A stretch of 56,223 nt of DNA from Candidatus Magasanikiibacteriota bacterium (GTDB taxonomy: Bacteria > Patescibacteriota > Patescibacteriia > Magasanikbacterales > UBA922): assembly GCA_003482855.1 (NCBI GenBank), contig DMXO01000004.1:1-56223 (forward strand), given 5' to 3'. Positions 25,752 to 36,300 of the stretch are shown here, piece after piece (within the stretch, counting starts at the first letter, position 1; every line of letters begins with the position of its first letter). Made by a program: the position numbers and the translations under genes. The notes under the pieces are model-generated. The model was not told the DNA's origin, ran no database searches, and saw nothing but the letters and a program-made list of their open reading frames with translations.

Positions 25752-28745
25752 ATGCCCTATAACGCCAACCAAAACGAACAAGAAATTCTTAAATATTGGG
25801 ATGAACATAATTGTTTTGGAAAATCAGTGAGTGAACGTCCGGAAGACAAACCGTACGTATTTTATGATGGTCCTCCATTTGCGACGGGTCTGCCTCATTA
25901 TGGTCACATTGTTGCCTCACTTATGAAAGATGTGGTGCCTCGTTATTGGACAATGCGTGGGTATCGCGTGGAACGTCGTTGGGGCTGGGATTGTCATGGA
26001 TTACCTATTGAAAATATTATTGAAGATCAACTCAATTTGAAAACAAAGAAAGACATTGAAGCAATGGGGGTGGCAAAGTTTAATGAAGCATGCCGTTCGA
26101 CCGTGCTCAAATACGCTGAAGAATGGAAACACACGATTCATCGTATGGGGCGATGGGTAGATATGGACAATGCGTACAAAACAATGGACATAGAATTCAT
26201 GGAAAGTGTATGGTGGGTATTTAAACAACTTTGGAATAAGGGTTTGATTTATGAAGGAAAAAAATCCATGCATATCTGTCCTCGTTGCGTGACACCACTT
26301 TCCAATTTTGAAGTTACCCAAGGGTACAAAGATGTAAAGGATTTGTCAGCCACTGTAAAATTTAGAATTACTAGCTTGGAATTTAAAGAAAAATTGGGGA
26401 TAGAGGGGGAATTATATATTTTGGCATGGACGACAACACCATGGACATTGCCAGGAAATGTGCTTTTGGCAGTTGGAGAGAATATTGAATATGTGCTCGT
26501 GCAGTGTTTGGAAAAAAATAATGGCTATTTTGTTTGTGCAAAAGACCGCGTCGGTGAAGTATTCAAGCAGTGCGAGAAGGACAAGTTTGAACTGGTAGGT
26601 AGTTTCAAGGGTTCAGATTTGCTTGGTCTCACCTATGAGCCGTTATTTCCTTATTTTGTAAATACTGAAAATGCGTTCCGTGTAGTTGCTGGAGATTTTG
26701 TAAGTACTGAAGATGGCACTGGAGTAGTACATATTGCACCTGCTTTTGGCGAGGATGATTACAAGGTAGGTGAACGGGAGAAAACAGGTTGGGTACAGCA
26801 TGTGAATATGGATGGTACATTTATCCCCGAAGTCACTGACTTCGCAGGCGTGGAAGTAAAGCCAAAAGAAGATCCGACACGCACGGATGTAGAAATTATT
26901 AAATATCTATCAGCGCATGGTACGCTTTTTGCAAAAGAAAAATTTGGGCATAGTTATCCGCATTGTTGGCGTTGTGACACACCGCTTTTGAATTATTCCA
27001 CTTCATCATGGTTTGTACGTGTGACCGAAATGAAGGACGAACTTTTAGAAAATAATAAAAAAACAAATTGGGTACCCGATCATATCAAAGATGGCCGGTT
27101 TGGTTTGTGGCTTGAGGGTGCGCGGGACTGGGCTATTTCGCGTAATCGTTTTTGGGGTTCGGCATTGCCTATTTGGCGTAGCGAAGATGGGGATACTCTT
27201 TGCATAGGCAGTGTAGATGAACTCGAAACCCTGTCTGGTCAAAAGGTAAAAGATCTCCATAAGCATATTGTAGACGAAATAGTTATTACAAAAGATGGGA
27301 AAGAATATCGTAGGATTCCGGAAGTTCTTGATTGTTGGTTTGAGTCTGGTGCCATGCCCTATGGTCAAATGCATTATCCCTTCGAAAACAAGGAAAAACT
27401 TGAGGCAGGTTTTCCCGCAGAATTTATTGCAGAAGGTCAAGATCAGACACGTGGGTGGTTTTATACACTTCATGTGCTTGCGACCGCACTTACTCGTGGT
27501 GATAATCCTTCTATACCTAAGAAAGAGATTTTACCTGCTTTTCGCAATGTGATTGTCAATGGCATAGTGCTTGCTGAAGATGGGAAAAAGATGAGTAAAC
27601 GTCTCAAAAATTATCCTGATCCTTTGGAAGTGCTTGAAAAATATGGGGCTGATGCTATGAGATTCTATTTAGTCAACTCCCCAGTCATGCATGCTGAAAG
27701 TCTTAATTTTTCTGAAAAGGGTGTGTGGGAAATGTATAATAAGCTTATCAATACATTGTGGAATGTATATACGTTTTATTCTATGTTTAACACAGATTCC
27801 ACTGATTATACAAAAGATTCCACTGGTTCAAATAACATTTTAGACAAATGGATTTTGGCTAAGTTGAATGTTTTGGTAAGAGAAGTAACTGGAAAAATGG
27901 ATGAATATAAGCTGGCTGAAGCAAGTCGTCCGATTGTAGATTTTGTTACTGAGTTATCCCAGTGGTATGTGCGTCGTTCGCGTGATCGATTTAAAGGTGA
28001 CGATGAAGAGGATAAACAAAACGCACTTTCTACTTTGCGTTTTGTACTTCTGACCTTATCTAAAGTGATGGCGCCGTTTACGCCTTTTATCGCGGAAAAG
28101 GTGTATCAAGAAATTACAAAAACACAGGAATCTGTGCACTTAGAACTATGGCCGAGCGTTGATAAAAATTTGGCTGATAAGAAGTTGCTAGAAGAAATGG
28201 ACAAGGTCCGTAAAGTTGTAGAAATGGGACTTGGTTTGCGGGCAGAAGCAGGTATAAAAGTTCGCCAACCACTTTCTCAATTCTCAATTCTCAACGAAAA
28301 GTTGCGTGGCAACCTCGTTGCTTTACGCAATTCTCAATTCTCAAACGAATTAAAAAATATTATCTCCGAAGAATTAAATGTAAAAGAAGTCGTAGATGGT
28401 GCGCAGATTGGGAACGATTGGATAGAGAAAGAGGACAATGGGATTAAGGTTGCTTTGAATATAAAAGTTACCGAAGATTTGAGAAAAGAAGGACTAGTGC
28501 GCGAAATCGTCCGCACTATAAACCAAATGCGTAAAGAGCAGAAAATGACCATTCACGATCGTGTTATAGTAGAATATTATACGCCCGATGAATTGTTGAA
28601 GTCCGTTTTTGCAGAGTTTAAAGATGATATCAAACGACAGGTACTGGCAAGTGATATTTGTGAGGAAAAGATTGAACTCGATGAATCAGACCAGACATTG
28701 GAGAATATCGACGGCAGGGCAGTGAGTCTTTCTGTGCATAAATAA
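25752..28745 (+). CDS. ileS: Isoleucine-tRNA ligase (type 2)
   Basis: GPPFATGLPHYGH (HIGH), WTTTPWTLP, SRNRFWG, KMSKR; Ile T-box upstream. Confidence 0.95.
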   Translation: MPYNANQNEQEILKYWDEHNCFGKSVSERPEDKPYVFYDGPPFATGLPHYGHIVASLMKDVVPRYWTMRGYRVERRWGWDCHGLPIENIIEDQLNLKTKKDIEAMGVAKFNEACRSTVLKYAEEWKHTIHRMGRWVDMDNAYKTMDIEFMESVWWVFKQLWNKGLIYEGKKSMHICPRCVTPLSNFEVTQGYKDVKDLSATVKFRITSLEFKEKLGIEGELYILAWTTTPWTLPGNVLLAVGENIEYVLVQCLEKNNGYFVCAKDRVGEVFKQCEKDKFELVGSFKGSDLLGLTYEPLFPYFVNTENAFRVVAGDFVSTEDGTGVVHIAPAFGEDDYKVGEREKTGWVQHVNMDGTFIPEVTDFAGVEVKPKEDPTRTDVEIIKYLSAHGTLFAKEKFGHSYPHCWRCDTPLLNYSTSSWFVRVTEMKDELLENNKKTNWVPDHIKDGRFGLWLEGARDWAISRNRFWGSALPIWRSEDGDTLCIGSVDELETLSGQKVKDLHKHIVDEIVITKDGKEYRRIPEVLDCWFESGAMPYGQMHYPFENKEKLEAGFPAEFIAEGQDQTRGWFYTLHVLATALTRGDNPSIPKKEILPAFRNVIVNGIVLAEDGKKMSKRLKNYPDPLEVLEKYGADAMRFYLVNSPVMHAESLNFSEKGVWEMYNKLINTLWNVYTFYSMFNTDSTDYTKDSTGSNNILDKWILAKLNVLVREVTGKMDEYKLAEASRPIVDFVTELSQWYVRRSRDRFKGDDEEDKQNALSTLRFVLLTLSKVMAPFTPFIAEKVYQEITKTQESVHLELWPSVDKNLADKKLLEEMDKVRKVVEMGLGLRAEAGIKVRQPLSQFSILNEKLRGNLVALRNSQFSNELKNIISEELNVKEVVDGAQIGNDWIEKEDNGIKVALNIKVTEDLRKEGLVREIVRTINQMRKEQKMTIHDRVIVEYYTPDELLKSVFAEFKDDIKRQVLASDICEEKIELDESDQTLENIDGRAVSLSVHK

Positions 28746-28949
28746 TATTGACGCACAGGCTCATGGTGATAAAATGATTGAGGAGTCATCGACTTCATTT
28801 CGTGGCGTCACCGTCGCGGGACAGAGCAAACGCTCTATTGTATTTGTATGGACCTCTTGAGGTCTCTAGACGAGGATCCTTTTCCTCAAAAATTTAAATA
28901 ATTTTTTACACCCAAGTAATTAGAGTTTACTTGGGTTTTAGTTTGTCTT

Positions 28950-31331
28950 ATGCATACAGAATCTATCGAAAGTCTTAAAGGGAAGACAATACTTCTTGTA
29001 AATACAGGGCCACACAAGAAACGTTTTATTGTACAACGTCTCAAGAAACTCGGTCTCGTGGTCGTTGTTCTCAATAAAGAAAAAAATTGGGCAGCTCCTT
29101 ACGTAGATCATTGGATTATTGCAGACACGTTCAATCATACTGAAGCGGTGAAGGCCGTGGAATCTTTTGTGAAGACAAATTCAGATATTCATATTGATGG
29201 TACTGTCACGTTTTGGGAGGATGACGTACTTTTGACATCAAAAATCGTCGACAAATTTAATTTTGTTGGGGTCCCATATAGCATTGCTCGTCAGACGAGG
29301 AATAAATATTTATTTCGAGAATTTTGTATGGCAAATGGCATACGAGCCCCGCGTCATCATCTACTCAAAGATGAAGATGATATTGATTATGTTTGTGATA
29401 ATCTACAATTTCCTTTGGTAGTAAAGCCTGCCTATGGAGCAAGTAGCGCTTATGTGGTAAAAGTGTATAGTCGAGATGATTTGGTCAATACATACAAATT
29501 TTTGAAACATAATATAAATACAGAGCTTGAAAGCGCATTATCAGATGGATTGGATATATTTGTTGAGGAGTATATTGATGGAGACGAAGTCGACGTGGAT
29601 ATCCTCATGCAGAATGGGAAAATAAAATTGAGCATTGTATCTGATAATTTCAACAAAGATAAAGGTATCTTTTTTGTCGATAGTGGTCAGACGACACCTT
29701 CGACACTCCCTACGCCACAAATTCAAGCATTGATCGATATAGCAGAGGAGACACTTGAGAAACTGGGTATCCAAAATGGATGTATACACTATGAGGCCAA
29801 ATCTACCAAGACTGGTCCCTGTCCTTTGGAAGTTAATCTACGCATGGGTGGAGACTATGTCTACTCATATATAAAAAATGCATGGGGTATAGATCTTATA
29901 GAATATTCAGTGAGGATTGCTATAGGTCAGTTTTTCAAAATTAAAGATATACAACCACGGCAATATATTATTGGTTGGGATTTACATCCAGATTCTTCAG
30001 GTCTCCTTGTTGAACTGTCTGTAGATGATAATTTGAAAAAGGAAAAATATTTTCAAGAAATAAATTTGTATAAAGAGGTTGGTGATCCTGTCTTACTGCC
30101 TCCCGAGGGTCAAGAGCATATAGGCTGGTTGACCGTATCTGGAGATAATTTTCTTGACGCACAAGATAATCTAAGAAACGCCCTTGAAAAAATACATTTT
30201 AAAGTGGTGAAATTTGATTCAGATTCGTCTGTGGGCAAGACACTTCGCAAGGACAGATTTTCTGCTGCAGTACTTAATAAAAATCTGTTGTTGCGTGCGG
30301 CAAAGCTTGAAAAAGTAAAACGTGTATCACATGGAGATCAAAAAGGGTTGCATATCGGGATTGCAGGAAATATGAGCGAAGAATTAAATGGCGACGATCC
30401 TATAGGGAAAGTAGTAGTAAAAACATTGCGCGAAAGAGGATACAAAGTGACTTTTTTTGATTTTAACAATTTGGCGAAGGCTTTTGGCGATTTGCGTCGC
30501 AGTGATGTAGACCTTGTATTCAATATGTGTAAAAAAATAAGTAATTCTACAGATCTTGAGCCTGCTGCCGCTGCACTGCTTGAATCACTACAAATCCCTT
30601 ATACAGGATCAGACAGCTTTGTATTGTCTCTATGCCGTGACAAAATAAAAGTCAAAAAATTACTTACGTATCATGATATCCCGACACCCAAATGGGACTA
30701 TGCATATGAGCTTGATGATGAGATACGAGATGATTTGCGTTTTCCACTCATTGTGAAGCCAGGTACGAGTGATAATTCTATAGGTATTACCAATGAATCT
30801 GTTGTCACCAATCGAGAACAAATGGAAAAACAGTTACGACGTATCATCGTAGACTATGGTAAGCCCGCAATAGTGGAAGAATATATAGAGGGTGATGAAT
30901 ATGATGTATCTATTCTTGGTTGTGATGATGATAATCTGCGGGTGTTGCCCTTATCGCGCGCAGTGTTCAAGGGACTCCCCAAGGATTATTGGCATATATA
31001 TACATATGTGGCAAAGCAAGGTGGAGACCCTACGTATAAAAAAATTGAGATTCAACATCCGCCCAAGAATATCGGCAGAAAATTGGAGTCACTCATTACC
31101 GAGATCGCGCTCGACACATATTCTATATTGGATTGTCGGGATTATGGTCGTGTTGAAGTACGTGTAGATGAAAATGATAATCCTTATGTATTAGAACTTG
31201 ACCCTAATCCGTCATTTGATGTCTCTTATGCACACTTACCTCAAGTAGCTGCACTCGTAGGTATGGATTTTGGAGATTTGTTGGAAGAGATTATTTATCT
31301 TGCAATTCAGCGATACAAACGTACTAGCTAG
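28950..31331 (+). CDS. Double ATP-grasp protein (N: L-amino-acid-ligase-like; C: D-Ala-D-Ala-ligase-like)
   Basis: VVKPAYGASS...EVNLRMGG, then IPYTGS, LIVKPGTSDNSIGI, DYGRVEVR and LELDPNP. Confidence 0.88.
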   Translation: MHTESIESLKGKTILLVNTGPHKKRFIVQRLKKLGLVVVVLNKEKNWAAPYVDHWIIADTFNHTEAVKAVESFVKTNSDIHIDGTVTFWEDDVLLTSKIVDKFNFVGVPYSIARQTRNKYLFREFCMANGIRAPRHHLLKDEDDIDYVCDNLQFPLVVKPAYGASSAYVVKVYSRDDLVNTYKFLKHNINTELESALSDGLDIFVEEYIDGDEVDVDILMQNGKIKLSIVSDNFNKDKGIFFVDSGQTTPSTLPTPQIQALIDIAEETLEKLGIQNGCIHYEAKSTKTGPCPLEVNLRMGGDYVYSYIKNAWGIDLIEYSVRIAIGQFFKIKDIQPRQYIIGWDLHPDSSGLLVELSVDDNLKKEKYFQEINLYKEVGDPVLLPPEGQEHIGWLTVSGDNFLDAQDNLRNALEKIHFKVVKFDSDSSVGKTLRKDRFSAAVLNKNLLLRAAKLEKVKRVSHGDQKGLHIGIAGNMSEELNGDDPIGKVVVKTLRERGYKVTFFDFNNLAKAFGDLRRSDVDLVFNMCKKISNSTDLEPAAAALLESLQIPYTGSDSFVLSLCRDKIKVKKLLTYHDIPTPKWDYAYELDDEIRDDLRFPLIVKPGTSDNSIGITNESVVTNREQMEKQLRRIIVDYGKPAIVEEYIEGDEYDVSILGCDDDNLRVLPLSRAVFKGLPKDYWHIYTYVAKQGGDPTYKKIEIQHPPKNIGRKLESLITEIALDTYSILDCRDYGRVEVRVDENDNPYVLELDPNPSFDVSYAHLPQVAALVGMDFGDLLEEIIYLAIQRYKRTS

Positions 31332-31355
31332 TTAATATATTATTGCTATTATTAT

Positions 31356-32729
31356 ATGGGTAAAAAGGATACAACTTTAAAGATTGAAGCTCATTTATTG
31401 AAAAATGGTCTATCAATTACTGTGAAAAACAAGACATACACTATAATATATCCAGCATACATATGGGCGCCTCTTTCTAAAGAAACAAAGAACATGCTCG
31501 TGGATAATATTGTCTTTACAAGCACCCATTTTCTTTCAGTTGTTTTAGATAAAGATACACTCGTATACAATACAAATTTTCCATTGTGTGAATCATTCAT
31601 ATTTAGAAATCATATAGAAGATATTCTTGATACTGAAAGGGTAGACGGCGTTCCTTTCCAGTCATACATGAAGAAATTGTATAATGCCACTTTTGAATTT
31701 ACTGATAAACAGACATCAGTGCCTCCATTTGTTGAATCGCCAGGTAAAGGCATACATACTTTGAAATCACCAGTTATTGTTCCGTTTACATTTGGAAAAG
31801 AGAGTTTGTTTGTCGCGCTGATGGCAAAGAAAATGGGAATGAACCCTATACTTGTTTATTTTGAAGATCCCATGGAACGTTATGAGACAGAGTACAAATT
31901 GAAACGGCTTTCTGCTATGGGCAAGATGTTGGATTGTCCTGTACATTTTGTTAAGAATGATGTTGGTCTATTTCGCGGAGGCCTTGCATTTGGTAAGCAT
32001 AGCGATGTCGGGTGGGGTGTACAGACTACATTATATACCATTATGTGTTTACCTTTTGTGTATTATTATAATGCCCACCACGTATTGTATGGTAATGAAT
32101 ATGCGAATAATGAATACGAGTATGCTCAAGGATGGAAACTGAATCATTCGTATGACCAGACAATTTTTTGGATGAAGCAACAAAGTGTTTTGGTGAATGT
32201 ACTGAGTAGCGGGCGATGTAGTGTGCAGAGTATGCTTGAACCTCTTGATGAACCAAATATTTTTTATCTTTTACACTCTTTGTATCCAGAGTTTGGTCGG
32301 CACCAATTTTCTTGTCGTGCGGAAAAGCCTTTGTTGAAAGGTTCTCAATGGTGTCACAAATGCTATAAATGTGCGCGTATGTATCTTTTTGCTTCAGCCT
32401 TTGGTGTAGACCCGTCAGCGATTGGCTTCAAAAAGAATTTATTGATCAAAGAAATGTTTAAAGATTATCTTTTTTCTTCGTTAGAAAGTGGAGATCCCAA
32501 AGATTTGGATTTTGCATTTTATACATTGTTGCAGAAAAAAGTTCAAAATGAAGTCGTTGACCTATTCAAGAAGAAGCGATTACCACATCTGAAGTCATGG
32601 TCATGGTATGTTGATTACTATACAAGTCTACGTACTATGCATAATGTGCCAAGCGTTCATGCCTCAAAGCTTATGTCTGTATATCGTAAAGGGTTAAAAG
32701 AATTTCGTTCATATTTATTGAATATATGA
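31356..32729 (+). CDS. PP-loop protein, MurL (peptide-glutamate epimerase)-like
   Basis: PFTFGKESL (GGKDS-like loop) and FSC...WCHKCYKC Cys cluster, as in MurL. Confidence 0.5.
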   Translation: MGKKDTTLKIEAHLLKNGLSITVKNKTYTIIYPAYIWAPLSKETKNMLVDNIVFTSTHFLSVVLDKDTLVYNTNFPLCESFIFRNHIEDILDTERVDGVPFQSYMKKLYNATFEFTDKQTSVPPFVESPGKGIHTLKSPVIVPFTFGKESLFVALMAKKMGMNPILVYFEDPMERYETEYKLKRLSAMGKMLDCPVHFVKNDVGLFRGGLAFGKHSDVGWGVQTTLYTIMCLPFVYYYNAHHVLYGNEYANNEYEYAQGWKLNHSYDQTIFWMKQQSVLVNVLSSGRCSVQSMLEPLDEPNIFYLLHSLYPEFGRHQFSCRAEKPLLKGSQWCHKCYKCARMYLFASAFGVDPSAIGFKKNLLIKEMFKDYLFSSLESGDPKDLDFAFYTLLQKKVQNEVVDLFKKKRLPHLKSWSWYVDYYTSLRTMHNVPSVHASKLMSVYRKGLKEFRSYLLNI

Positions 32730-32738
32730 CAGGTAATT

Positions 32739-33668
32739 ATGTTGCAAAATAAATTGTCTTCTCATCTTTCATTACTAACAAAAAAGGAACCGGTAATCAG
32801 TCGTCAATTCATCCCTTCAGAATGTGAAAATATAGTTACACAGTCCGCGTCTGAGGACCCTCTAAATGAGGAGATGTATAGTCCTGTTCGTGGTCTTGTT
32901 CATAAATATGAAAATCGTGTTCTCGTCCTTCTGACTATGAATTGCGCAGCATATTGTCGTTTTTGTGATCGACGACGCAGTGTATCTGAAATAAAAAAAG
33001 GAATTATCACTGCCAAAGATATTGATGTTATGTGTGCATATGTGACCAAGCATCCAGAGATTCATGAGGTAATTTTTTCTGGTGGAGATCCCCTCACAGT
33101 TCCTGAAATTCTTAAACAAGCATTACAAAAATTTACGTCATTATCCCAAATAAAGATTATTCGTATTGGATCGCGTTTACCTGTATCAAATCCTCTGCGT
33201 ATTACCTCTCAAGTGCTCGATGCCCTGCGCGTAGTAAAAAAACAGCCACTATATATGATGCTTCATTTTGAGCATCCTGCCGAAATCACTCCAGAGACGG
33301 TGAAAGCTGTCAAAAAATTACAATCGGTAAGTACCATGTCATTATCCCAGTCAGTATTTCTCAAAGGTGTGAATGATTCAGAAGACATATTGTGTGAGCT
33401 ATTTACTCGGCTGGTAGAAATAGGAGTTAAACCATATTATCTTTTTCGATGCGAGCCAGTGAGAGGCGCAGAACATTTTATTGTGCCTTTTGACAGAGAG
33501 GTGGAGATTGCCACTCGTCTGCATGAAAGATTGAGTGGTCTATCTGTACCTTCCTATGTCATCGATGTACCGGGAGGAGTAGGCAAGGTGCCTGTTGCAT
33601 TGAATTTTTGGAAGGTAAACAGAAGCTCATTTACAGATTTTCAGGGCAAAAAGGTCAAGACGGCTTAG
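32739..33668 (+). CDS. KamA-family radical SAM aminomutase (lysine 2,3-aminomutase/EpmB-like)
   Basis: VHKYENRVL, CAAYCRFC, SGGDPL, QSVFLKGVND, PYYLF and PGGVGK (PLP Lys) motifs. Confidence 0.9.
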   Translation: MLQNKLSSHLSLLTKKEPVISRQFIPSECENIVTQSASEDPLNEEMYSPVRGLVHKYENRVLVLLTMNCAAYCRFCDRRRSVSEIKKGIITAKDIDVMCAYVTKHPEIHEVIFSGGDPLTVPEILKQALQKFTSLSQIKIIRIGSRLPVSNPLRITSQVLDALRVVKKQPLYMMLHFEHPAEITPETVKAVKKLQSVSTMSLSQSVFLKGVNDSEDILCELFTRLVEIGVKPYYLFRCEPVRGAEHFIVPFDREVEIATRLHERLSGLSVPSYVIDVPGGVGKVPVALNFWKVNRSSFTDFQGKKVKTA

Positions 33669-33871
33669 TTTTTGACTCATTATACAACAAAATTCGTATA
33701 TTATTGACAACATATATGGTGCGTAGTATACTGTAGACTTCTATATTATATTTTTTATGGGCGTCGCTTGTCTAAGCGCTTCTGACAATTCAGAGCCAGA
33801 CAGTTTGCAAGTAAATTATTTATTTTATCTTTAGACCCAGTGGTTAACAGCCAGTTGGGTTTTTATTTTTT

Positions 33872-36259
33872 ATGAAAAAGAGATATATTCCACCAGAATG
33901 TAAAGGCAAAACACTTCTTGTTGTCCATGCTATGAGTCCAAGTAAATATTTTATCATGAAGCGGATTAAGCGAATGGGTGTGAAAGTTGTATGTCTCCAC
34001 CGTGAGCGAGTTAGCGCGCTTGAGGAATATGTGGATGAATGGATTATTGCTGATTTGGGCAATACAACAGAGAGTCTTCATGCTGTCAAAACTTTTTTGG
34101 TTACAAAACCTGAGTTTGCTTTTGATGGTGCTGTGACATTTTGGGATGAAGCAGTACTTTTGACTTCTCGTATTGTTGATACTCTTCATCTTAATGGCAT
34201 ACCATATCATATTGCCGAATTGGTTAAAAACAAATTTACCTTTCGTAATTTTTGTGAAAAAAATGGTTTACCTGCCCCGAAGCATCATGTTTTGCACAGT
34301 AAGAAAGATATACCTTCTCTTGAAAAAAGACTTTCATATCCTCTAGTAGTGAAGCCTATGTATGGAGCTTCAAGTGCATATGTAGTTAAAGTTTTCAATC
34401 GTCAGGATTTGGAAGAAACATATGATTATATTAAAAACAACATGAAATCATTTTGGCTTGCTTCTGAGTGGGAGAATCTTGAGATTTTTGCTGAGGAATA
34501 TATTGATGGCGACGAAGTAGATATTGATATCCTGCTTCAAAATGGCAAAGTTAAATTTTATTGTATTTCGGATAATTTTAATAAGAGTCGGGAAAAATTT
34601 TTTGTAGATAGTGGCCAGTCATTGCCTTCCAGTTTGCCTGTGGGTCAGCAAGATGCACTCATTAATATGGCAGAAGAAATACTTGAAAAGCTTGGAATTC
34701 TGAATGGGTGTATTCATTTTGAGGCTAAATATGGAGAAAAGGGACCATATCCTATTGAAGTAAATATGCGTATGGGAGGAGATTATGTATATTCATATGT
34801 GAAAAGTGCATGGAGAGTTGACTTGGTAGAGGCATCAGTCCACATCGCATTGGGTATATATGTTAAGTACGAAAAACCAGAAAATCCATACCAATATATA
34901 GTTGGATGGGATTTGCAGCCAGATGCATCAGGCATGCTTACTGCCCTTGAAATATCTCCAGAATTAAAGAAAAAATCTTATCTTGAAGAAATATATATTA
35001 CGCAGGAGGTCGGAGACGCGATTTTGAGGCCACCTGAAGGATACAACAGTCTAGGTTGGCTTACAGTTTCTGGAAATAATTTGCTTGATGCCAAGGACAA
35101 TCTACAAGAAGCATTGTCTTTTATCCATTACAAAGTGGTAGAATTTGATGAGGAGTCGGCCTTGGGCAAGACAGCACGCAAAAGTACACTCTCAACCGCT
35201 ATTTTGAAAAAGAATATTTTACTTCAGGCTGAAAAAATTGAACGTGTACACCGCGCTACCTTCAAGAGTCAACGTCATCTGAAGATTGGGATTGCAGGTA
35301 ATAAAGTACATGGAGGAGCTAAAAATAACCCGTCAAATGCTCCACTTACGAGTCTTATTGAAGATACTTTACTTTCTCGAGGGTATGAAATTTTTGTATT
35401 TGATTTTAATAATTTAGGTAAAGCCTTCAGCGAATTACGTCAGACGAATGTCGATTTTGTGTTTAACGTAACAGATGGAATTAATAATAACATGCATTTA
35501 CAGCCGCAAGCTGCCGCGATTCTTGAATCTTTGCAAATTCCTTACACGGGCACTAGTTCAGCAAATCTAGCGTTTTGTCGGGATAAAATTAGACTTAAGA
35601 AGTTATTTGAATACCATGACATACCTACTCCTGAATGGGATTATGTATATAAGATAGGTGAAACTATTAGCGATAAACTCAGATATCCACTTTTAGTAAA
35701 ACCTAGTGATAGAGATGATTCATTTGGTATATCCAATGCTTCGGTTGTAACTGATAAAAAATCTCTTCATAAACAGATTTCTTATATTATTAATAAACTC
35801 AAATGTTCTGTCCTTATTGAAGAATATCTCGATGGGGATGAATATGAAGTGTCTATTATTGGAAATGATGAGGGAGATGTACAAGTATTGCCACTTACAC
35901 GTTCTATATTTACTGGAATGCCAAAAGGCTATTGGCATATTTATCCAGAAGGTAAAAGGGAAACCCCACCATCTGCGTATCGAAAAATTATACGTCAGAA
36001 TCCTCTTAAAAGTGTAAGTCCAAAATTACAATCACTTATCACTGAGATAGCCTTGGATGCTTACCATGTATCTCGGTGTTATGATTATGGACGAGTCGAT
36101 ATCCGTTTGGATAAAGAGGACAATCCTTATGTTCTCGAAGTAGATCCGAATCCTCCATTGAGTCGCGAATCCGAGTTTGTAAAAGCTGCCAAAGTGGCAG
36201 GCATGGATTACGGAGATCTTTTGGAAGAAATCATCGCAGCAGCAGTGAAACGATATTAA
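33872..36259 (+). CDS. Double ATP-grasp protein, paralog of 28950-31331
   Basis: Same architecture; shared EEYIDGDEVD, EVN.RMGGDYVYSY and LEVDPNP motifs. Confidence 0.88.
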   Translation: MKKRYIPPECKGKTLLVVHAMSPSKYFIMKRIKRMGVKVVCLHRERVSALEEYVDEWIIADLGNTTESLHAVKTFLVTKPEFAFDGAVTFWDEAVLLTSRIVDTLHLNGIPYHIAELVKNKFTFRNFCEKNGLPAPKHHVLHSKKDIPSLEKRLSYPLVVKPMYGASSAYVVKVFNRQDLEETYDYIKNNMKSFWLASEWENLEIFAEEYIDGDEVDIDILLQNGKVKFYCISDNFNKSREKFFVDSGQSLPSSLPVGQQDALINMAEEILEKLGILNGCIHFEAKYGEKGPYPIEVNMRMGGDYVYSYVKSAWRVDLVEASVHIALGIYVKYEKPENPYQYIVGWDLQPDASGMLTALEISPELKKKSYLEEIYITQEVGDAILRPPEGYNSLGWLTVSGNNLLDAKDNLQEALSFIHYKVVEFDEESALGKTARKSTLSTAILKKNILLQAEKIERVHRATFKSQRHLKIGIAGNKVHGGAKNNPSNAPLTSLIEDTLLSRGYEIFVFDFNNLGKAFSELRQTNVDFVFNVTDGINNNMHLQPQAAAILESLQIPYTGTSSANLAFCRDKIRLKKLFEYHDIPTPEWDYVYKIGETISDKLRYPLLVKPSDRDDSFGISNASVVTDKKSLHKQISYIINKLKCSVLIEEYLDGDEYEVSIIGNDEGDVQVLPLTRSIFTGMPKGYWHIYPEGKRETPPSAYRKIIRQNPLKSVSPKLQSLITEIALDAYHVSRCYDYGRVDIRLDKEDNPYVLEVDPNPPLSRESEFVKAAKVAGMDYGDLLEEIIAAAVKRY

Positions 36260-36300
36260 AAAATTTTAATTCATCCCATATAGTTAATTAGACAATATAT

